Virus record (IMG/VR): IMGVR_UViG_3300042914_003231
Coordinates: 1 to 64,000 of that record
Reading direction: 5' to 3' (one strand)
DNA: 64,000 bases
Source: a virus
Lineage: Duplodnaviria; Heunggongvirae; Uroviricota; Caudoviricetes
Below, piece after piece: positions 15,465 to 20,623 of the stretch (the stretch's first letter is position 1; each line of letters starts with the position of its first letter). Under the pieces are notes generated by a model. That model did no database searches. It had not been told where the DNA came from and was given only the letters and a program-made list of their open reading frames with translations. A program made the position numbers and the translations under genes.

Positions 15465-15472
15465 TATATTTG
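15465..15472 (+). promoter_or_regulatory. -7 box TATATTTG, 3 nt before ATG 15476
   Basis: Matches TAnnTTTG. Confidence 0.45.
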
Positions 15473-15475
15473 TAC

Positions 15476-15817
15476 ATGCCTTCAAAAAATAAAGAAATAC
15501 TAAAAAAGCATAGAGATGCTTGGTATAAAAAGAATAAAAAAAAACAGATTACTAACCAGCTTGAAAAAAGACAGGAATTAAAGAAATGGTTTCAGGAATA
15601 TAAGAGATCATTATCTTGTAAAGAGTGTGGATTTAGCTTTGAATTATTTCCAGAATGTTGTGATTTCCATCACAGAGATGGAGATACAAAGAAAGATGTA
15701 GTAAGCAGATTGCTACCAATGGGAATAAAAGCACTAAAGAAAGAGATTGAAAAATGTGATCCTCTTTGTGCTAATTGTCATAGAAAGCTCCATGCAAAAT
15801 TAGAATATACAGGTTAG
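15476..15817 (+). CDS. HNH homing endonuclease (free-standing, inside the tRNA array)
   Basis: CKECG...CCDFHHRDGDTKKD...CDPLCANCHRKLH is an HNH/zinc-finger motif. The stop codon lies inside the tRNA-Trp 5' end. Confidence 0.8.
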   Translation: MPSKNKEILKKHRDAWYKKNKKKQITNQLEKRQELKKWFQEYKRSLSCKECGFSFELFPECCDFHHRDGDTKKDVVSRLLPMGIKALKKEIEKCDPLCANCHRKLHAKLEYTG

Positions 15818-15880
15818 CTTATTGGAAGCACCAGGTCTCCAAAACCTCGGATGGAAGGAGTTCGATTCTCTTAACCTGTG
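15809..15880 (+). tRNA. tRNA-Trp (CCA)
   Basis: Acceptor ACAGGTT/AACCTGT; D GCTT/AAGC; loop CTCCAAA; T arm AGGAG-TTCGATT-CTCTT. Confidence 0.85.
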
Positions 15881-15885
15881 CACAA

Positions 15886-15957
15886 GGTACCGTGGGTGAG
15901 GGGTTTAGCCTCAGGTCTGCAAAACCTGCTACGTCTGTTCGAATCAGACCGGTACCT
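15886..15957 (+). tRNA. tRNA-Cys (GCA)
   Basis: Acceptor GGTACCG/CGGTACC; arm CAGGT-CTGCAAA-ACCTG; T arm GTCTG-TTCGAAT-CAGAC. Confidence 0.92.
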
Positions 15958-15958
15958 C

Positions 15959-16174
15959 ATGAAAGAGATAGATGAAGAGTTCAACTTACTTCAGTTGTAC
16001 ATCTATGATTGCATCAACCGGATGTGTTTGAATGCATACATAGATAAGACTAAGTGTTCTCATCACCCTTTGTATACTTTTGAAGAATACAAAACGGCAA
16101 TATGGGATCCTTGGACTGGAGAGACTGTAGCAAGTAGAACAAGATGGGCTTTAAATATTAAGCCTTTATTTTAG
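15959..16174 (+). CDS. hypothetical protein, 71 aa, flush between tRNA-Cys and tRNA-Ser
   Basis: The ATG lies 2 nt after the tRNA-Cys discriminator. The stop TAG (16172-16174) overlaps the tRNA-Ser start (16173). The track ORF 15878.. was trimmed to the first ATG outside the tRNA. Confidence 0.5.
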   Translation: MKEIDEEFNLLQLYIYDCINRMCLNAYIDKTKCSHHPLYTFEEYKTAIWDPWTGETVASRTRWALNIKPLF

Positions 16175-16257
16175 AGAAGTGGCTGAGTGGCTTAAGGCAC
16201 CGCACTGCTAACGCGGAGGATGTAACAGTTCCACCGGTTCGAATCCGGTCTTCTCTG
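16173..16257 (+). tRNA. tRNA-Ser (GCT)
   Basis: Acceptor AGAGAAG/CTTCTCT; loop CTGCTAA; long variable arm; T arm ACCGG-TTCGAAT-CCGGT. Confidence 0.88.
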
Positions 16258-16262
16258 CAAAT

Positions 16263-16343
16263 GCCCATATGGTGGAATGGTAGACGCGCTGGTCTTAGGA
16301 ACCAGTACCGTAAGGTATGTAGGTTCGAGTCCTACTATGGGTA
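16263..16343 (+). tRNA. tRNA-Leu (TAG)
   Basis: Acceptor GCCCATA/TATGGGT; arm CTGGT-CTTAGGA-ACCAG; long variable arm; T arm GTAGG-TTCGAGT-CCTAC. Confidence 0.9.
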
Positions 16344-16348
16344 CATAT

Positions 16349-16431
16349 ACTCCTGTGGTGTAATTGGTAGCCGCGCTAGGCTTAAGACTCAGTGGACTTA
16401 GTCCGTGCCGGTTCGAGTCCGGCCAGGAGTA
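16349..16431 (+). tRNA. tRNA-Leu (TAA)
   Basis: Acceptor ACTCCTG/CAGGAGT; loop CTTAAGA (weak anticodon stem); variable stem GGACT/AGTCC; T arm GCCGG-TTCGAGT-CCGGC. Confidence 0.8.
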
Positions 16432-16474
16432 CTTTGCTCACCTGATTAATAAAGTGACCAAAAATTATTACACT

Positions 16475-16520
16475 GTCTACCAATCAGTTAGACCTTCTGA
16501 AGAAAATATTTTTGGTAGAC
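16475..16520 (+). other. 9-bp stem-loop at the end of tRNA block 1
   Basis: GTCTACCAA (16475-16483) pairs with TTGGTAGAC (16512-16520). The 3' arm overlaps the -33 TTTG of the next promoter. Confidence 0.5.
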
Positions 16521-16542
16521 TCAAACAAACCTATTATATTTG
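16511..16542 (+). promoter_or_regulatory. promoter: TTTG (-33) N20 TATATTTG (-7)
   Basis: TTTG at 16511-16514 and TATATTTG at 16535-16542. Confidence 0.6.
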
Positions 16543-16550
16543 TCTTGCAA

Positions 16551-16652
16551 ATGAAACGCATACAACATATCCAGATGGCCAATACAGGCAGAAATACGGT
16601 GGAGATTAAAGATCCGACCGTGTCCATGGGTGTTGCATGTAGTTTTAGATAA
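16551..16652 (+). CDS. leader ORF 2, 33 codons: MKRIQHIQMANTGRNTVEIKDPTVSMGVACSFR
   Basis: ATG lies 8 nt after the -7 box. Residues 2-24 use only the 14 amino acids served by the 16 downstream tRNAs, and all 14 occur. A terminator follows 28 nt after the stop. Confidence 0.5.
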   Translation: MKRIQHIQMANTGRNTVEIKDPTVSMGVACSFR

Positions 16653-16680
16653 GACATTTTTAGTTAGCTAAACCGCATTA

Positions 16681-16710
16681 AACCCCTGGACAAGTTCTAG
16701 GGGTTTTTTG
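16681..16710 (+). terminator. intrinsic terminator immediately before tRNA-Pro
   Basis: Stem (AA)CCCCTGG/CTAGGGG(TT) with a 7-nt loop and T6. Confidence 0.8.
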
Positions 16711-16718
16711 TTTTACCC

Positions 16719-16791
16719 CGGGATGTAGATCAGTTGGTAGATTGCGTGCTTTGGGAGCATGAGGTCGCAGGTTCGAGCCCTGTCATCCCGA
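16719..16791 (+). tRNA. tRNA-Pro (TGG)
   Basis: Acceptor CGGGATG/CATCCCG; arm CGTGC-TTTGGGA-GCATG; T arm GCAGG-TTCGAGC-CCTGT. Confidence 0.9.
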
Positions 16792-16847
16792 CTAGCAGAA
16801 GTGGTACTCCAGTGCCCGTACTGAAAACCAAACAAAACTGGAGACAT

Positions 16848-16920
16848 GGGGTTCAAGCACAAGCGGACGTGCATTAGCTTTGCAAGCTAGAGGATCTCGG
16901 TTCGAGGCCGAGGAGCTCCA
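16848..16920 (+). tRNA. tRNA-Ala (TGC)
   Basis: Acceptor GGGGTTC/GAGCTCC with a G3:U70 pair; D GCAC/GTGC; arm TTAGC-TTTGCAA-GCTAG; T arm CTCGG-TTCGAGG-CCGAG. Confidence 0.88.
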
Positions 16921-16921
16921 C

Positions 16922-17083
16922 ATGAATGAAGAACTATATAATTGGCTGGAGAAGATGTTTATGTTCTCCAATATCCCTAAGTACAGGAAGTACTTTAAGG
17001 AATGGGTGGACAACATAACTGAAGATCAGATCACCGGTTTTCAGAGAATGATGGGAGCCAACTATAAGATTAAGCAGGAATAG
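16922..17083 (+). CDS. hypothetical protein, 53 aa, flush between tRNA-Ala and tRNA-Gly
   Basis: The ATG lies 2 nt after the tRNA-Ala discriminator. The stop TAG (17081-17083) lies inside tRNA-Gly, which starts at 17074. Confidence 0.5.
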   Translation: MNEELYNWLEKMFMFSNIPKYRKYFKEWVDNITEDQITGFQRMMGANYKIKQE

Positions 17084-17148
17084 CTCATCCTTGGTAGAGC
17101 TCCAGTCTTCCAAACTGGAGGTGGCGAGTTCGAGCCTCGCTTCCTGCT
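17074..17148 (+). tRNA. tRNA-Gly (TCC)
   Basis: Acceptor GCAGGAA/TTCCTGC; arm CCAGT-CTTCCAA-ACTGG; T arm GCGAG-TTCGAGC-CTCGC. Confidence 0.92.
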
Positions 17149-17331
17149 CACAACTGCAGTGCCCATGTACAGTGGGGGTACAATCACTGCAGGTAGAAGA
17201 GTGCTAAGAAATCCGGTGTTGGGTTAGCTCTGGACACTAAGGTAAGGAGTGGGTAAGGACCACAGTCCCCGTCTAACAGGGACAAAGTTTTGCAAAAGCC
17301 TTCCCTGGGATGGAGCACTCTTCATGATATT
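17149..17331 (+). ncRNA. structured non-tRNA spacer RNA (unknown family)
   Basis: 8-bp hairpin CTGCAGTG/CACTGCAG (17154-17192). 10-bp long-range helix GAAGAGTGCT (17196-17205) with AGCACTCTTC (17314-17323). Inner hairpin GTCCC...GGGAC. GC-enriched; no cloverleaf. Confidence 0.4.
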
Positions 17332-17407
17332 GGTCTGTTAGGGGAGTCCGGCCGTCCCTACCTCACTGTCTATGAGGGGATCACGGGTTCGAATCCCGTA
17401 CAGACCG
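17332..17407 (+). tRNA. tRNA-Asp (GTC)
   Basis: Acceptor GGTCTGT/ACAGACC; arm CCTCA-CTGTCTA-TGAGG; T arm ACGGG-TTCGAAT-CCCGT. Position 37 is an unusual T. Confidence 0.78.
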
Positions 17408-17518
17408 CTGGGCGGTAGTCTAATGAGCAGGGTTAGTAGCGTGCTGACTAACTAGTCTTAGGACGATCATCTTATGGGATGATAGATATCAGTAACCATT
17501 CTGATCTGCCCCACCAAT
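17408..17518 (+). ncRNA. second structured non-tRNA spacer (unknown)
   Basis: Hairpins ATCATC-ttatgg-GATGAT and ATCAG-taaccatt-CTGAT; ends ...CTGCCCCACCA; repeated TAGTCT(A/T)A. Confidence 0.3.
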
Positions 17519-17590
17519 TGCCCCTTAGCTCAGCGGTAGAGCAAAACCCTGTTAAGGTTGAGGTCCTAGGTTCAATCCCTAGAGGGGCAG
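17519..17590 (+). tRNA. tRNA-Asn (GTT)
   Basis: Acceptor TGCCCCT/AGGGGCA; loop CTGTTAA; T arm CTAGG-TTCAATC-CCTAG. Confidence 0.9.
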
Positions 17591-17595
17591 CAAAT

Positions 17596-17670
17596 AGACG
17601 AGTAGCTCAGCCTGGTTAGAGCGCCCGCCTGATACGCGGAGGGTCACAGGTTCAAATCCTGTCTTGTCTA
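17596..17670 (+). tRNA. tRNA-Ile (GAT)
   Basis: Acceptor AGACGAG/CTTGTCT; loop CTGATAC; T arm ACAGG-TTCAAAT-CCTGT. Confidence 0.88.
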
Positions 17671-17727
17671 CTTTGGGACCGTTTGGTAGTGACATAGTCT
17701 TGAACTAGATCATAGAAACTATCACAT

Positions 17728-17800
17728 AGGAGTATAGCTCAGTTGGGAGAGCATCCGGTTTACATCCGGACGGTCCAAGGTTCGAGTCCTTGTATTCCTA
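17728..17800 (+). tRNA. tRNA-Val (TAC)
   Basis: Acceptor AGGAGTA/TATTCCT; arm TCCGG-TTTACAT-CCGGA; T arm CAAGG-TTCGAGT-CCTTG. Confidence 0.9.
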
Positions 17801-17884
17801 CAAACTTTAAAGATTTAAACTTATAATGTTTACACTATTAAAATATAAGGTTATAAAGAGAAGGATAAAACCTTAACTCATTAT

Positions 17885-17956
17885 TCCCTCATAGCTTAGT
17901 GGTAAAGCAGTATACTTTTAATATACGGAGCGGCAGTTCGATTCTGCCTGGGGGAA
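17885..17956 (+). tRNA. tRNA-Lys (TTT)
   Basis: Acceptor TCCCTCA/TGGGGGA; arm GTATA-CTTTTAA-TATAC; T arm GGCAG-TTCGATT-CTGCC. Confidence 0.9.
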
Positions 17957-17962
17957 CTTTAA

Positions 17963-18034
17963 ACCCCCGTAGCTCAATGGAAGAGTAAGAGACTTCTAAG
18001 CTCAAGGTTACCAGTTCGAGTCTGGTCGGGGGTT
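17963..18034 (+). tRNA. tRNA-Arg (TCT)
   Basis: Acceptor ACCCCCG/CGGGGGT; loop CTTCTAA (short GAG/CTC stem); T arm ACCAG-TTCGAGT-CTGGT. Confidence 0.82.
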
Positions 18035-18040
18035 CTGAAT

Positions 18041-18114
18041 AGGCCCTTAGCTCAGTTGGTTAGAGCAGTACTCTTATAAGGTAAAGGTCACCGGTTCAAA
18101 CCCGGTAGGGCCTA
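18041..18114 (+). tRNA. tRNA-Ile (TAT), reads ATA
   Basis: Acceptor AGGCCCT/AGGGCCT; loop CTTATAA; T arm ACCGG-TTCAAAC-CCGGT. Confidence 0.85.
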
Positions 18115-18124
18115 CATAATATTT

Positions 18125-18199
18125 AGCGGGGTGACTGGAGTTGGTTCCAGCACAGCCTCATAAACTGTACAGACGCGGGTTCGAGTCCCGCCCCCGCTA
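18125..18199 (+). tRNA. tRNA-Met (CAT), elongator-like
   Basis: Acceptor AGCGGGG/CCCCGCT; loop CTCATAA; T arm GCGGG-TTCGAGT-CCCGC. No 3xG:C initiator signature in the anticodon stem. Confidence 0.85.
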
Positions 18200-18265
18200 C
18201 AATGAGTGCTAATGACACCTGATAAAGGAGGGGATATATTACCAGGTCCCCCGACACTCAGTAAC

Positions 18266-18337
18266 GCTCCCATCATCTAGGGGTCAGGATATCAGGTTTT
18301 CGACCTGAGCACCAGGGTTCGAATCCCTGTGGGAGTA
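18266..18337 (+). tRNA. tRNA-Glu (TTC)
   Basis: Acceptor GCTCCCA/TGGGAGT; arm TCAGG-TTTTCGA-CCTGA; T arm CAGGG-TTCGAAT-CCCTG. Confidence 0.9.
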
Positions 18338-18342
18338 CTTAA

Positions 18343-18415
18343 GCTTGAGTAGCACAATTGGTAGTGCACCTCCCTTGTAAGGAGAAGGTTGTCAGTTCGA
18401 GTCTGACCTCAAGCT
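18343..18415 (+). tRNA. tRNA-Thr (TGT)
   Basis: Acceptor GCTTGAG/CTCAAGC; D GCAC/GTGC; loop CTTGTAA; T arm GTCAG-TTCGAGT-CTGAC. Confidence 0.9.
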
Positions 18416-18417
18416 CT

Positions 18418-18491
18418 GTGTCTGTAGAGGAATTGGTAGACTCCCCGGAATGTGGATCCGGTGCTTGTGGGTTCAAGTCCCATCAGACACC
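18418..18491 (+). tRNA. tRNA-His (GTG)
   Basis: Acceptor GTGTCTG/CAGACAC; arm CCGGA-ATGTGGA-TCCGG; T arm GTGGG-TTCAAGT-CCCAT. The only tRNA followed by an encoded CCA. Base -1 is T, not G. Confidence 0.88.
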
Positions 18492-18497
18492 CCATTA

Positions 18498-18571
18498 GTT
18501 CTCATAGCTCAATTGGATAGAGTCCTTGACTACGGATCAAGAGGTTGAAGGTTCGACTCCTTCTGAGAACA
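18498..18571 (+). tRNA. tRNA-Arg (ACG)
   Basis: Acceptor GTTCTCA/TGAGAAC; arm CTTGA-CTACGGA-TCAAG; T arm GAAGG-TTCGACT-CCTTC. Confidence 0.92.
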
Positions 18572-18576
18572 CATAA

Positions 18577-18647
18577 TGCCCTTTCGTCTAACGGCAGGAC
18601 CTGTGGTTTTGGGCCACATGATCGAGGTTCGAATCCTTGAGGGGCAA
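18577..18647 (+). tRNA. tRNA-Gln (TTG)
   Basis: Acceptor TGCCCTT/AGGGGCA; arm TGTGG-TTTTGGG-CCACA; T arm CGAGG-TTCGAAT-CCTTG. Followed by a T-run. Confidence 0.9.
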
Positions 18648-18680
18648 CTAGTTTTTTATTGTTTGCACATCCAAAGTTTT

Positions 18681-18692
18681 TTTGTATATTAG
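18681..18692 (+). promoter_or_regulatory. candidate late-promoter box TTTGTATATTAG
   Basis: An identical 13-mer TTTTGTATATTAG recurs at 44670-44682, upstream of another structural gene. Confidence 0.4.
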
Positions 18693-18716
18693 CAATAATT
18701 TTCATATATTATTAAT

Positions 18717-19607
18717 ATGGATGTAGTAAACTTTGATGCTCTCAAAGCACAGGGCAAAATTATAAAAATATCAGATGTGAATCCTGATGAGGATTACTTC
18801 ATCATTGGTCATTATGATCCGCGAAGAAGAGAATTTAAAGCTACTGATTACCCTATCTATGCTATAAAAGCACGTGATGTTTTAAATTCTTCAAATGCTT
18901 TTAATAATCCTTTTGATTTCTATTTAGATGGTAATGCTCCTGCAGGAGGGGATGGCTCAGCAAGTAATCCTTTTAATTTATTTTCTCAAGCCGTTGCCTA
19001 TATTAATACACTTCCTTCAGCAACATATACTCTATATGTATTGCCGTACAGTTATACAGAATCATCCCCGGTTATTAATCTACCAAACAATTCTGCTCTA
19101 AATATAATAGGAGTAGTAGCTAATTCTTGTAGCTTTAATTTTAATGTACAATTTACCGCAATACCAGCTTCCTCATATGCTGTATGGTATGAAAATATTG
19201 CTTTTAGTAATTTTGAACTAGATCTTTCTTTAGCATCTTTTGCTTCTATATCCTTTACAGGTTCTAAGGTAGATCTTATAAGAACAGATTCTAATCCTTC
19301 TACTATAGTGACATTACAAGGTGCAATGTTTGCCTCTACCCTTTCCGGTAGAGTTTTATGGTTAAATGGTGTAATGTTTGGTGATATTAATGTTCAAACA
19401 AATGGTGAGTTGTTTTGTAATACGGTATTACAACTACAAGGACAATTTAAGTTAACAGGATCTGCTAAGTTAAAAACTTTAAGTATGCCAAACCCTACAC
19501 CTAATGGTGTAGATGGTATTCCTGTAGGTTTGAATATACCGGTTTGGAGAACTGATGCTGCAAGTGATGAAACTTTTACAGGAACTCTTACAAAAATAAT
19601 ATATTAA
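18717..19607 (+). CDS. tail fibre or receptor-binding protein, 296 aa
   Basis: The N-terminal ~55 aa are paralogous to 19610..20287 (ALKAQGKIIKISD...DYFIIGHY versus LIAQGKILKASE...DYLIIGKY). First gene after the tRNA array. Confidence 0.55.
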   Translation: MDVVNFDALKAQGKIIKISDVNPDEDYFIIGHYDPRRREFKATDYPIYAIKARDVLNSSNAFNNPFDFYLDGNAPAGGDGSASNPFNLFSQAVAYINTLPSATYTLYVLPYSYTESSPVINLPNNSALNIIGVVANSCSFNFNVQFTAIPASSYAVWYENIAFSNFELDLSLASFASISFTGSKVDLIRTDSNPSTIVTLQGAMFASTLSGRVLWLNGVMFGDINVQTNGELFCNTVLQLQGQFKLTGSAKLKTLSMPNPTPNGVDGIPVGLNIPVWRTDAASDETFTGTLTKIIY

Positions 19608-19609
19608 TT

Positions 19610-20287
19610 ATGGAAATTTTAAACATAGAATCTTTAATAGCTCAAGGGAAAATTTTGAAAGCATCAGAATTAGATTCTCAAAATGACTATTTGATAATAG
19701 GAAAGTATCAAACTGGTAACAGAAAAAAGGCTGGTGATTTTAATGCTTATCCTGCTTATGTTATTAAAGCAGGGGATTTTAGCACACCTAAGATTTTTGC
19801 AGAATTTTCTGATAAATTAACACAATCCACTCCTAATGCTAATGAAGCATCGGCTATTGAACTTAACAGTTCTGCATCTTTTAATAGTCCTGAGATTACT
19901 ACTATTTTAGATACAAATAATAAATTAACTATTATAAATTTTAGCAAGCCCGGTATTTATAATGTTGAGTTCAACATTCAGATCGCTAGAGTTTCTACAG
20001 GATTAAGTAATGATAATGTTAGATTATGGATTAGGCAAAATGGTATAAATATATCAAGAACTCTTAGAGTAATTAACATACAAAGAAATGTAGATGAATC
20101 TGAAATTATACTTTCTGGTAATTATTTTATAGAAATACAAAATATTAACGATACTGTTCAGTTAATGTGGAATACTACAGATAGAAATGTTGTATTACAA
20201 CCTATACCTGGAGCATTTGCTCAACCTGATGTTAGAGCTTATCCAGACGGATATTCAGTATTAGTAACTATTAATAAAGTTAATTAA
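19610..20287 (+). CDS. tail fibre protein with a C1q/TNF-like (BclA-C-like) C-terminal domain, 225 aa
   Basis: Shared N-terminus with the previous gene. C-terminus KPGIYNVEFNIQIA...VRLWIRQNGINI...GNYFIEIQNINDTVQLMW fits a jelly-roll C1q-like pattern (from memory). Confidence 0.5.
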   Translation: MEILNIESLIAQGKILKASELDSQNDYLIIGKYQTGNRKKAGDFNAYPAYVIKAGDFSTPKIFAEFSDKLTQSTPNANEASAIELNSSASFNSPEITTILDTNNKLTIINFSKPGIYNVEFNIQIARVSTGLSNDNVRLWIRQNGINISRTLRVINIQRNVDESEIILSGNYFIEIQNINDTVQLMWNTTDRNVVLQPIPGAFAQPDVRAYPDGYSVLVTINKVN

Positions 20288-20622
20288 TGTCAATAGGTAA
20301 TTTAAAAACTAACGGAAATAAGGGGAACAATTTTCCTTATCAACTAGCAGTATTAGAGTTGCTAAGACAAATAGCTTCTGGTACAGGAGGATCTGGTGTT
20401 GCAAGAGCTTCATCTATGATCAGAAGTTCTTCTGCAGGTTCTATTTCTGCAGGTGCAAAATCTGTTTCTTTTTACAATTCAGGAACTGTAAATGCTACAG
20501 TTTTAGGAAGTGCTCTTAAACCAGGTGAACAAGTAACTTTTAGTGTAGAAAATCCAGACACACTTCAAACTATTCCTTATTCAGGTGTAGGAACTGATTT
20601 ATTAATAACTACAATAGTATAA
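20287..20622 (+). CDS. fibre-associated protein, 111 aa; paralogue of 23007..23510
   Basis: N-terminus MSIGNLKTNGNKGNNFPYQLAVLELL is nearly identical to that of 23007..23510. Confidence 0.6.
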   Translation: MSIGNLKTNGNKGNNFPYQLAVLELLRQIASGTGGSGVARASSMIRSSSAGSISAGAKSVSFYNSGTVNATVLGSALKPGEQVTFSVENPDTLQTIPYSGVGTDLLITTIV

Positions 20623-20623
20623 G

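Noticed and set aside
15391-15880. Group I (or other) intron carrying the HNH gene inside a split tRNA-Trp
   Set aside because: The downstream tRNA-Trp is a complete cloverleaf on its own. The upstream fragment's 5' acceptor strand (ACATCTC) has no complement downstream, and both copies carry the full anticodon loop. This fits duplication or insertion, not splicing.
16792-16847. Extra tRNA between tRNA-Pro and tRNA-Ala
   Set aside because: It has an acceptor-like GCAGAAG, a GTAC/GTAC D-like stem and ACTGAAAAC (Phe-loop-like), but no anticodon stem, T arm or 3' acceptor. It folds only as a 7-bp hairpin (CTCCAGT/ACTGGAG). It is at most a decayed tRNA remnant.
16364-17016. Track ORFs 16364..16609 (+) and 16792..17016 (-), and similarly 18502..18705 (-)
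   Set aside because: They start inside or run antisense through tRNA genes. 16364..16609 has no ATG outside tRNA-Leu and is out of frame with the promoter-proximal leader ORF.
17149-17518. tmRNA (standard or permuted) around tRNA-Asp
   Set aside because: The ...CTGCCCCACCA end is tempting. However, I found no matching GGGGCAG 5' strand, no proper T arm with a TTCGA-type loop, and no plausible tag ORF ending in a hydrophobic tail. The CTGCCCC probably echoes the tRNA-Asn 5' end (TGCCCCT).
15080-18647. tRNA cluster as an integration (att) hotspot or prophage boundary
   Set aside because: There is no integrase, excisionase or repeat of a tRNA 3' end. The genes on both sides are phage genes in a continuous virion or early layout.
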